Virus record (IMG/VR): IMGVR_UViG_3300025103_000055
Location: 1-40,802 of that record
Length of the DNA: 40,802 nt
Reading direction: 5' to 3' (one strand)
From: a virus
Taxonomy: Duplodnaviria > Caudoviricetes
Under the pieces are notes generated by a model that saw only the letters and a program-made list of their open reading frames with translations, searched no databases and was not told the DNA's origin. A program made the translations under genes and the position numbers. This document shows positions 27,602-34,675 of the stretch, piece after piece. Every line of letters begins with the position of its first letter. Position 1 is the first letter of the stretch.

Positions 27602-27614
27602 ATTTAATTCTCCT

Positions 27615-27649
27615 TAAAATTTGTGTAGGCCCGAAGACCCACACAAATT
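27615..27649 (-). terminator. Intrinsic terminator with a C(UUCG)G tetraloop
   Basis: Minus strand AATTTGTGTGGGTC-TTCG-GGCCTACACAAATT-TT. The two G-U pairs form only on the minus strand. Confidence 0.8.
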
Positions 27650-27658
27650 AATTATCTA

Positions 27659-28195
27659 TTACGTATCGCTAAATGGTGTAACAATAGTTCCTGATCCTAA
27701 AAGCAGAGTATTGTGTACTAAGTACTGAGCAGATTCTAGTGCTGTAATTTGAACTACAGAACCAACAATTCCACCTTGTGTAGTACCATTCATAGAAAGT
27801 ACATCGTTTGCTGCTGCTGGAAAGAAAGCTTTTTTAGCTCCATCATCTACAGCGATCATAGCTGCGCCTGTAAATTTATCCACACCATCAGTTATGATTT
27901 GAACATCAGTTGCAACTGTATCAATGTAAAAAGTGAAAGTAGCACCAATGTTGTTTAAGTTATTGTAGTCAGTATCACCTGCAGTTGCACCATTAGCATT
28001 AGTGTTAATGCTTGGTAACGCATAAATTCCATCTGCATCTTGTGATATTAACAATCTTCCCGCGTGATCAGCTACAGTTAGTGGTAAACCAGCTGCTCCT
28101 AAACCAGTTGAGTTGATTGCTTTTGACATACCGGGTCCAAAACCTATAAAGCCATTTTTAGAAATGACCGGTCCTGAAAAGGTTGTATTAGCCAT
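27659..28195 (-). CDS. Putative capsid decoration / minor structural protein
   Basis: The start is probably MANTTFSGPV at 28195 (AGGAG upstream). The gene has its own promoter and terminator. Confidence 0.65.
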   Translation of the reverse strand: MANTTFSGPVISKNGFIGFGPGMSKAINSTGLGAAGLPLTVADHAGRLLISQDADGIYALPSINTNANGATAGDTDYNNLNNIGATFTFYIDTVATDVQIITDGVDKFTGAAMIAVDDGAKKAFFPAAANDVLSMNGTTQGGIVGSVVQITALESAQYLVHNTLLLGSGTIVTPFSDT

Positions 28196-28213
28196 GATTG
28201 TTCTCCTAGTTAA

Positions 28214-28259
28214 TTCCACATAGTCTCTAGGCCGTCGACTATACTGCGTCTATGTAGAA
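28214..28259 (-). promoter_or_regulatory. Candidate 5'-UTR RNA structure directly upstream of the RBS
   Basis: Minus strand TTCTACATAG-(26 nt)-CTATGTGGAA: 10-bp stem with one G-U. Confidence 0.55.
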
Positions 28260-28283
28260 AATTAATATATGTATAGTGATAAT

Positions 28284-28312
28284 TTTATACACTACTTTTT
28301 AGTAGAGTGCAA
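28284..28312 (-). promoter_or_regulatory. Sigma70-like promoter
   Basis: Minus strand TTGCAC-N17-TATAAA (extended -10 context). The spacer holds CTACT-AAAA-AGTAG. Confidence 0.6.
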
Positions 28313-28359
28313 GAGAGCCTGTAGTGTGGAGTGGATTTTTCCAACGATGTAGCTTTTTA

Positions 28360-28584
28360 TTAAGTAGCTACTGAAACTGTAGGAGCGACAGCATCGACTT
28401 TATTCTGCAAATGAGCTTCTTTTGCTTCTGCAGACTTAATGTGTAAAACAATCTTTTTTACTTCGTCGTCTATCCTCACCATATCAAGAGTATATCTACC
28501 CTCGTTAAGATGTTCTTGCTCCCATTTGAGATCCAGTGATTTTTTCTTGTTGTAAAGATCCTGGATGTGTGGTTGCATCGTCAT
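28360..28584 (-). CDS. Small coiled-coil hypothetical protein
   Basis: The ORF track gives 28360..28599. GAGGAAG precedes the internal ATG of MTMQPHIQDLY. Confidence 0.6.
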   Translation of the reverse strand: MTMQPHIQDLYNKKKSLDLKWEQEHLNEGRYTLDMVRIDDEVKKIVLHIKSAEAKEAHLQNKVDAVAPTVSVAT

Positions 28585-28777
28585 ATATAACTTCCTCATA
28601 AGTTATTCTATATCTCTCAGATCCAAACATTTTGTCTCCGAGATTTTCCCATTTTATAACATTTTGTCCTAGTTTGTCAACTATGGCCTGTTCAAGGGAA
28701 ATTGCATCATCATTAGATGATACTTCAAATTTTGCGTAATGATTGTAAGCGATTATGGTAACTATAAATTTTTTCAT
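28505..28777 (-). CDS. Hypothetical protein
   Basis: 90-aa ORF downstream of the capsid terminator. Its C-terminus overlaps the next ORF. Confidence 0.65.
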   Translation of the reverse strand: MKKFIVTIIAYNHYAKFEVSSNDDAISLEQAIVDKLGQNVIKWENLGDKMFGSERYRITYEEVIYDDATTHPGSLQQEKITGSQMGARTS

Positions 28778-28797
28778 GGATTTGTTATCTTACTTTC

Positions 28798-28825
28798 TAA
28801 ATGAGGCGGAACTATGTCCGCCTCA
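28798..28825 (-). terminator. Terminator-like hairpin after the major capsid gene
   Basis: TGAGGCGGA-N6-TCCGCCTCA perfect 9-bp stem (28802-28825), followed by TTTAG on the minus strand. Confidence 0.7.
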
Positions 28826-28842
28826 AATATTTTAATTAGTGA

Positions 28843-29754
28843 TTAAACACCTTCAACACCGAAGATACCTCTATAGTCAGAAACTCCAAAAGAGTATCTT
28901 TCTCTAGCTTTGTATCTTACGTTACCAGTATCAAAGTCACCTTCCATAGCCGTTTTAATCGGCGCTCTGTCAAAGTACTTCATACCATTTGGTACGTCAG
29001 TAATGATGTAAAACGCATCTGGGTCAGTTAAGAAGTTGTTCACTCTGTAACCTTGAGGAACCATTCCCATTGACGCAATAGCGTTAATGTCATTATCAGC
29101 AGTTCCAGTTCTACCTTGAGACTTCATAAGTCTTTCAGCATTAAACTGGTTTTCACTAGGTACAATCATTTTAACACCTCTTGCAGCAATTTTCAGACCT
29201 CTTTCGTCTGTCATTGCAGCAATGTCGATTAAAGATTGCTCTAATGATGTTTCATTTAAGTCAGCTTGTACTGCTAAAGTATTAGCAACAGTCCCTGCAA
29301 TTGTAGGGTGAGCTGTGTTAAATAAACTAACACCGTCACCTGAATTGAAGTTATTGTTAGTTGGTAAACCTTGAATTAAAGGTACCACTGACTTAACTTG
29401 TTTAGTGTTCGCCATAGATCTAGCAAGTGCTTTAGTATATCTAGACGCAAGTCTGTCATATAGGTTATCCTCAATCGCTTCTTCAGTGATTGCGAACGCT
29501 AATGCAACAGTCTCGTGAGTGTATCTAGCTGTGAAAGTTTCTTGTGCATTGTCGAAACTTACGCCAGAACCCTCAGCTTTAACTGAAGCATTTGCAAAAC
29601 CTGATAACATAACTTCTTCTTCAAACGCTCTGTCTGAAGATTCCGTCGTATAGATTTCAGCATGCTGATTCTCATAACGTTTATATTCCAGGCCGAATAA
29701 AGCATTCAAACCTGGCTCTAGTTCTTTAACTAGTTGTCCTCGTGATATAGCCAT
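28843..29754 (-). CDS. Major capsid protein (HK97 fold, Mu gpT-like family)
   Basis: MAISRGQLVKELEPGLNALFG, SSDRAFEE, AFAITEEAIEDNLY, GDGVSLF...HP, GDFDTGNVRYKARERYSFG. Strong RBS and downstream hairpin. Confidence 0.88.
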   Translation of the reverse strand: MAISRGQLVKELEPGLNALFGLEYKRYENQHAEIYTTESSDRAFEEEVMLSGFANASVKAEGSGVSFDNAQETFTARYTHETVALAFAITEEAIEDNLYDRLASRYTKALARSMANTKQVKSVVPLIQGLPTNNNFNSGDGVSLFNTAHPTIAGTVANTLAVQADLNETSLEQSLIDIAAMTDERGLKIAARGVKMIVPSENQFNAERLMKSQGRTGTADNDINAIASMGMVPQGYRVNNFLTDPDAFYIITDVPNGMKYFDRAPIKTAMEGDFDTGNVRYKARERYSFGVSDYRGIFGVEGV

Positions 29755-29765
29755 ATTTTATCTCC

Positions 29766-30326
29766 TTATATGCCTGCGGTCTGTTTCAAGAAGTGTTCGT
29801 TAATAGTAACAATTAAATTCGTATTAGCTGAACCTAATTCATTATTATCCGGATCTTTTGAAACGCCGATTATTTTTAGTTGAGCAGCTCCCGCAGCCAT
29901 TGTTCCAGAAATTTCTGTTTTTGAAACAAAGTTTGGAGAGGTACCGGCTGTGTACGAAATATCTGCACAATTACCAATATTGGTTTGCGCAGGTGTACCA
30001 GCACTTTGTACTTCAAACCTTTGATACGGATCATCAGATACAAAAGCAACAATATCTGTTGCAGTGTTGCCTGCATTTAAATGATTCGCATAAGTAGGTT
30101 TTTCAGATGTTGCATCAGTAAAGAAAACACCAGTAAGTGATCCTAATAAAACATCAGTCGCAGCGGCTACAGTAATTGTACCTGTATTTGCCATTTCAAC
30201 AGGATCGTTGAAATAAATTGCGGCTGCAGATGCAGCAATGTTGTATTCAGATAAACCTTGGTTGTCTCTATTCTGACCAACTTTTCCACTCGGTCTTAGA
30301 CCGAATGCGCTATCTTGATTAGCCAT
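29766..30326 (-). CDS. Capsid-associated (cement/decoration-like) protein
   Basis: MANQDSAFGLRP...DDPYQRFEVQ. Immediately upstream of the capsid gene, AAGGAGG RBS. Confidence 0.65.
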   Translation of the reverse strand: MANQDSAFGLRPSGKVGQNRDNQGLSEYNIAASAAAIYFNDPVEMANTGTITVAAATDVLLGSLTGVFFTDATSEKPTYANHLNAGNTATDIVAFVSDDPYQRFEVQSAGTPAQTNIGNCADISYTAGTSPNFVSKTEISGTMAAGAAQLKIIGVSKDPDNNELGSANTNLIVTINEHFLKQTAGI

Positions 30327-30388
30327 AGTTGTGTCCTCCTTATAGACATTTATTTAAGTTTATCCGGCGGTTAGGAATTGTTAAAAAA

Positions 30389-30853
30389 TTAACTCTTCTT
30401 CGAGCCACCGAAAGTTACACGTGTCTGTCGATCAATATTGATCGGCATACTTGGGTGCTGTTCCTTCATAAGATCGTTATCCACTGCTTCAACGTTGTCT
30501 TGAGCTTGTTTTCTATAATACTCAGCACGTTGTTGCGCAATCTCTTCCGGTACCCTTGCTAGCACAAGGCCACCAACTCCGATCACTCCCTTATATTTGC
30601 CATCATCTACATGAGGATAATCTGAGTCTGGATATTCATCAGCTCTTACTAATTCATATCCTGATCTAATTCTTCCAGAAACATTCTTAGTGTCTTGGAA
30701 TCCCATAGATTCAACTCTTATCCATCTGTGTATAAATCCTGTTGGCGCAGGGGGTGCATCTAAACTTGATGGTGGAGTCCAAACTTTTTTCTTAGCTTCT
30801 TTTTCTCTAGTTTGACTCGCACGCGAGGTTCTTTTATCGTTATTATTTTCCAT
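30389..30853 (-). CDS. Conserved head-module hypothetical protein
   Basis: WTPPSSLDAPPAP.G..HRWIR, GYELVRADEYP, GVGGLVLARVP. Confidence 0.75.
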   Translation of the reverse strand: MENNNDKRTSRASQTREKEAKKKVWTPPSSLDAPPAPTGFIHRWIRVESMGFQDTKNVSGRIRSGYELVRADEYPDSDYPHVDDGKYKGVIGVGGLVLARVPEEIAQQRAEYYRKQAQDNVEAVDNDLMKEQHPSMPINIDRQTRVTFGGSKKS

Positions 30854-30857
30854 ATGC

Positions 30858-31871
30858 TTATACCTCCTTCGTGATATTTAATTGTTTCGCATACTCTTCG
30901 AGTGGCACACCTAATTTTTTAGCAATTGCTACCTGTGATGGTGTGAGCCTCACAGTTTTGCGACCAGATTTTGTACTTCTTTTTGCAGATGCAACTGTCT
31001 GTACAGGCTTAGTCGTTTCCTTAGCTTCTGTTGTAGCAAATTTCTGCGGAAATTCAAGTCTTATTCTTCTATCTATTTCAGAATAATACTCTTCGCTACT
31101 TGGATCAAAACCCTCTTGTTCTGTTAATTTCTTATGAAGATCAAAAGCAGTATAAGTCATAGCTGAATCTTGACCAAACCATGAGTTTTTTTGAGCCCAT
31201 TGTTCAGCTTTTGGATCAGGTGTACCTGTCGCTGCTTGCTGTCTTTGTTGTAAATTAACTTGAGGTTGTTGAACTTCTGTTTCTTTTTTCTGAGCATACA
31301 ATTCTTGTTCAGCCTTTGCTTCAACAAATCTTGCTTGTTTATATGCGTATTCAGAAATTAAAGATTGAGCTTCTACTTCAGCATTAATATCTCCAGCTTC
31401 TCTTGCTGCAGCTAATTTTGCTTTTGCAGATTCTAAACCAGATTTAATACTATCTTCTGTAGTTTTTAATAAACTTGGTTCCATCTTAGAAAGTTTCTGC
31501 TCTGCTTTTTCTTTTTCAGTTAAAACTGATTTAGCATAAGTTAAAGCTTCATCTTTCTGACGTTCTGCTTCTCTCCATTTTTTAGTCAGTTTAGCTATTC
31601 TTTTTTGAACGCTATCTGAATAATCTTGAAGCTCATCTTTTTTTGATTCTTCTTTTTTTTCTTCAGAAACATTTTCTTCTAATTTAATCTCACGTTCATT
31701 TTCATGAGTCTTATCTTCAGGAACTGTTTCATCTTCAACAGGTCTTACTGTTGGTTCTTCTTTTATTTCAGGTTGTTGAATTTCAGCTGAATCTTTTTCT
31801 TCAGCTATATCGACGTCCATTGCTGGCCCTGATGTATCGATATCGACTTTGTTATTTTCTAAGTCTGGCAT
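30858..31871 (-). CDS. Capsid scaffolding protein (putative)
   Basis: Acidic N-terminus, YSDSVQKRIAKLT coiled coil, C-terminal LTPSQVAIAKKLGVPLEEYAK helix-turn-helix. Upstream of the capsid genes. Confidence 0.7.
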   Translation of the reverse strand: MPDLENNKVDIDTSGPAMDVDIAEEKDSAEIQQPEIKEEPTVRPVEDETVPEDKTHENEREIKLEENVSEEKKEESKKDELQDYSDSVQKRIAKLTKKWREAERQKDEALTYAKSVLTEKEKAEQKLSKMEPSLLKTTEDSIKSGLESAKAKLAAAREAGDINAEVEAQSLISEYAYKQARFVEAKAEQELYAQKKETEVQQPQVNLQQRQQAATGTPDPKAEQWAQKNSWFGQDSAMTYTAFDLHKKLTEQEGFDPSSEEYYSEIDRRIRLEFPQKFATTEAKETTKPVQTVASAKRSTKSGRKTVRLTPSQVAIAKKLGVPLEEYAKQLNITKEV

Positions 31872-31895
31872 AGTTTCCTCCTAGTGTTACTATGA

Positions 31896-32357
31896 TTAAT
31901 ATTGATGAAGTATATCTTCGGGTTTATCGATGGTTGCTAAAACTTCATCATCATTTAGCAATCTTACTTCCCCACCGTCTATCTGTATTCTTGATCCAGC
32001 GTATCTTGCAAAGATAACCCAGTCACCTTTTTTACACCAAGCACCTTCAGGAAATTTTTCTTTATCATAACAATGTGGTCCCATCTCAAGAACCAAACCA
32101 CAAGTAGAACCTACTTGTTGTCTCTCAAGTGTATCTTGTCCTAGTATTAAACCACCTTTAGTTTTTTCAGGCATTTTAAATGGTAAAACTAATAGTCTCC
32201 ATCCAGTAGGTGCAGGTAATTTACTTGATTCTTTTTTCTTTAGACGTTCGTAACCGTCTACTTCTTTTTTATGTTCGTCATCGTATTTATCTAATAAAGC
32301 GGATTTAGTTTTTGGGACTTCCGAAGTCGACGACGTTTTCTGGTCTTTCAGCATCAT
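31896..32357 (-). CDS. groES: Co-chaperonin GroES
   Basis: PTGWRLLV, EKTKGGLIL mobile loop, GLVLEMGP, GDWVIFARYAGSRI, RLLNDDEVLA. Confidence 0.9.
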   Translation of the reverse strand: MMLKDQKTSSTSEVPKTKSALLDKYDDEHKKEVDGYERLKKKESSKLPAPTGWRLLVLPFKMPEKTKGGLILGQDTLERQQVGSTCGLVLEMGPHCYDKEKFPEGAWCKKGDWVIFARYAGSRIQIDGGEVRLLNDDEVLATIDKPEDILHQY

Positions 32358-32556
32358 TTTTTTTCTCCTTCTTAGGGTTTAGCAGGGATGATATTTCCTG
32401 TGATATTCTTAAATAGGCATGTGCCTGTCCCATCATATACTTGTATTTTTCCATATTGTCAATACCACCTGAGATCATGGAATCACCAATATCTTGATAA
32501 GACTCTTTAAGATGTTTTTGTAGTTTATTTAATATTATTAGTTCTTCGTTTTGCAT
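32305..32556 (-). CDS. Hypothetical protein
   Basis: 83 aa, GGIDNMEKYKYMMGQ, AGGAG RBS. Confidence 0.75.
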   Translation of the reverse strand: MQNEELIILNKLQKHLKESYQDIGDSMISGGIDNMEKYKYMMGQAHAYLRISQEISSLLNPKKEKKNDAERPENVVDFGSPKN

Positions 32557-32692
32557 ATTTCTTTCTCCTTTTATGTAATAAATTAACTCTTTTATGCCAA
32601 CACCATTCAGTGACTTTTATAGCATATGTTTCTAATTTAGAAAACATAGTATCTAATCCACCAAAAAAATTATATATAAATTTATCAATCAT
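32525..32692 (-). CDS. 55-aa basic hypothetical protein
   Basis: Not in the ORF track. Manual translation: MIDKFIYNFFGGLDTMFSKLETYAIKVTEWCWHKRVNLLHKRRKKYAKRRTNNIK. Fills the operon gap. Confidence 0.6.
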   Translation of the reverse strand: MIDKFIYNFFGGLDTMFSKLETYAIKVTEWCWHKRVNLLHKRRKKYAKRRTNNIK

Positions 32693-32693
32693 A

Positions 32694-32855
32694 CTAAACA
32701 CCAACTTTCTTCATAGCTTTTTTATGACTTTTTGAAAATGACATTCCTTTTTTCATGTCTTTTTTCATACTTGTCATATGCTTTGAAGAATGATGCTTAC
32801 TGTGTTTTTTTAAAGTTTCTTTTTGTCTTTTCGTTAGTTGTTTTTCCTTTAACAT
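32694..32855 (-). CDS. 53-aa Lys/His/Met-rich protein
   Basis: Not in the ORF track. Manual translation: MLKEKQLTKRQKETLKKHSKHHSSKHMTSMKKDMKKGMSFSKSHKKAMKKVGV. AAGGAG upstream. Confidence 0.7.
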   Translation of the reverse strand: MLKEKQLTKRQKETLKKHSKHHSSKHMTSMKKDMKKGMSFSKSHKKAMKKVGV

Positions 32856-33307
32856 TTCCATCTCCTTCTTGCTTGTCTTATTCTAGAATTAGGATCATTT
32901 CTAGTTTCAGCAGAAGATCGTTTAAGTTGTCCGAGTGATCTTGCACAATATGACTTTCTACGTTTAGCTGCTTTTGATCCTTTTTTAACTTTCCCTGTCA
33001 CTGCAGTTTTTAATTTTGATCCAGGATTTGCTGCTCTATAAGCTCTTACACCTTTAGCAGTCATTCCAGCACCTGATTTTGTAGGTCTGTAATTTGCGTT
33101 TTTACCTGTAGTAGTTTTTCTAATTGTACCACCTTTTGCTTTTTCAATTCTACCACCAGATGCTTTAAACTTAGTTCTTGGTGTTGTTCTTAAATTTTTC
33201 TTTTCTTGTTTTTCTTCTTGATAATCTCTAATTTCTTGTTGAGTTAAATTACCTAAATATTTACCATCATCGTAAGCTGGAATTGTATTTTTATTATATC
33301 TACTCAT
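32849..33307 (-). CDS. Basic protein (DUF6321-like C-terminal half)
   Basis: GMTAKGVRAYR..NPGSKLK...RRKSYCARS...DPNSRIRQARRRWKC, preceded by KASGGRIEKAKGG. The family name is from memory. Confidence 0.7.
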   Translation of the reverse strand: MSRYNKNTIPAYDDGKYLGNLTQQEIRDYQEEKQEKKNLRTTPRTKFKASGGRIEKAKGGTIRKTTTGKNANYRPTKSGAGMTAKGVRAYRAANPGSKLKTAVTGKVKKGSKAAKRRKSYCARSLGQLKRSSAETRNDPNSRIRQARRRWKC

Positions 33308-33462
33308 TAGATTTTTTGCATGTTTGGATTGTTAGATAATATATTTTTTTCTGCTCTTGGTCTAGCAACAGAGTCTCTGCTTCTTTTTCTAAGTTGAGCA
33401 ATAGCAGATTCTTTTAATGCTTTTTCTTTTTTTAATCTTTGTAAATCTTTTTCTAAGTTCAT
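33307..33462 (-). CDS. 51-aa basic helical protein
   Basis: Not in the ORF track. Manual translation: MNLEKDLQRLKKEKALKESAIAQLRKRSRDSVARPRAEKNILSNNPNMQKI. TAATG coupling at both ends. Confidence 0.7.
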   Translation of the reverse strand: MNLEKDLQRLKKEKALKESAIAQLRKRSRDSVARPRAEKNILSNNPNMQKI

Positions 33463-33716
33463 TATGCAAATGTTTTTACGTTAGTTGGTTTACCACCAGG
33501 ATTACCGGCTGCTCGTTTTCGTTTGACAGCACTCGCCTTTTGCCCTTTTGACATCCGTGTGGCTTTTGCAAGTGGTACGCACTTCGGATATTTTCGCTTC
33601 GAACCCTTGCTTCGTCCACATGGTTGATACTTCCCATTCTTTTTTGGAGCTCCTATGTCTACCCATTTCTCCGATACCCATTTTCTTAATCCACCTTCTG
33701 CAAAATTCCTACGCAC
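33462..33716 (-). CDS. Small basic protein
   Basis: MRRNFAEGGLRKW..EKWVDIG...CGRS...YPKCVP. Confidence 0.75.
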   Translation of the reverse strand: MRRNFAEGGLRKWVSEKWVDIGAPKKNGKYQPCGRSKGSKRKYPKCVPLAKATRMSKGQKASAVKRKRAAGNPGGKPTNVKTFA

Positions 33717-33909
33717 AACTTAATCTCTTTTTTCTAGCCATGCCAGCCATCAAACCACCATTACCGGCTTTTTTACGACTACCTTTTTTGCCACCAGGTG
33801 TAATTTTACCTGAACAAACTCCGGACGCATACATGTTCGCGTACGCCGAAGGGTAAACTTTGAATTTACGTTTCGCTGCTGCTTTTCCTTTTGCACAAAG
33901 TTTAGCCAT
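33709..33909 (-). CDS. Small basic protein
   Basis: MAKLCAKGKAAAKRKFKVYPSAYANMYAS.VC.GK. Confidence 0.75.
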   Translation of the reverse strand: MAKLCAKGKAAAKRKFKVYPSAYANMYASGVCSGKITPGGKKGSRKKAGNGGLMAGMARKKRLSCA

Positions 33910-34055
33910 TATGCGATACCCATTGCTTTTTTCATCATTGACTTAGACTTTGTTTTTTTACCTTTAGACATTAAAATTTTTTTCTGTAATTCTTTTGGTA
34001 AAGTTTTTTGTGCCTTCGTTAAAGTTGGGCCACCTTTATTATAATAGTTTCTCAT
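33909..34055 (-). CDS. 48-aa Lys-rich protein
   Basis: Not in the ORF track. Manual translation: MRNYYNKGGPTLTKAQKTLPKELQKKILMSKGKKTKSKSMMKKAMGIA. GGAGG upstream and TAATG coupling at both ends. Confidence 0.72.
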   Translation of the reverse strand: MRNYYNKGGPTLTKAQKTLPKELQKKILMSKGKKTKSKSMMKKAMGIA

Positions 34056-34438
34056 TATTTTTTTCCTCCTCTAAATATTTGTGTTCCTTTTATACCATAA
34101 ATACTTGCCACGACAAGTATCCATAAATTTGTAAACCAGGTCGGAAGCGATTGGAAATGCTCAAAGAAAACTTTTATCTTGTCCATAGCTTGCACGTCAT
34201 CTGAAAAGACTCCATACGCCAAAACCAAAATGGGTAATGTCAAAATTACAAGAACCGCCTCGTCCTTATAATCCGATTGTCTCGCTTCTAACAATTTACC
34301 TTGGTAAGCTTCTTCACCACGGGCTTGTTTTTCAGCATGCAATAGTTGAGCGTCAGACATTGCAATTTTTGCCTTCTGCTTGTTAGCATAAATCTTACTT
34401 CCAGCAGAAACGGCTAATTTAAGTGCCGAAATCCACAT
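34055..34438 (-). CDS. Putative holin (GTA-type 3TM holin-like)
   Basis: YKDE followed by TM1 (AVLVILTLPILVLAYGVF) and TM2 (LPTWFTNLWILVVASIYGIKG), with a basic C-terminus. Confidence 0.6.
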   Translation of the reverse strand: MWISALKLAVSAGSKIYANKQKAKIAMSDAQLLHAEKQARGEEAYQGKLLEARQSDYKDEAVLVILTLPILVLAYGVFSDDVQAMDKIKVFFEHFQSLPTWFTNLWILVVASIYGIKGTQIFRGGKK

Positions 34439-34439
34439 G

Positions 34440-34622
34440 TTAGATCCATTTAGCTTTTTTAGACTTCTCTTTTAGCATTCTTTTAGTGCCTCTTACTTCA
34501 ACTTCTTCACCTTTTGCAATAAAGTTGAAAGCACCATCTGCTGTAGTCTTAGATCTAGGGTCAATTTCAAGATTCATTTTGTCTTCTGACTTGATTTCAA
34601 CAATTTTATCTAATTTTTCCAT
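34440..34622 (-). CDS. Hypothetical protein
   Basis: 60 aa with AAGGAG RBS and an upstream promoter. Confidence 0.75.
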   Translation of the reverse strand: MEKLDKIVEIKSEDKMNLEIDPRSKTTADGAFNFIAKGEEVEVRGTKRMLKEKSKKAKWI

Positions 34623-34644
34623 AATTTTTCTCCTTAGTTAATTT

Positions 34645-34673
34645 ATAGTAACCTTTTTTTACTATTTTGTCAT
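34645..34673 (-). promoter_or_regulatory. Sigma70-like promoter after the portal gene
   Basis: Minus strand ATGACA-N17-TACTAT. Confidence 0.55.
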
Positions 34674-34675
34674 TA

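Noticed and set aside
28826-28860. Programmed frameshift or readthrough extension of the major capsid protein
   Set aside because: TAA stop, no clear slippery heptamer at the end, and a terminator-like hairpin follows.
9409-33856. Other alternative-strand or alternative-frame ORFs in the track (e.g. 9409, 14196, 16083, 17299, 17571, 19573, 20231, 22469, 22667, 23723, 25151, 25992, 27749, 29858, 29876, 30329, 30871, 32732, 33548)
   Set aside because: They overlap stronger genes, use weak starts and show no protein-like motifs.
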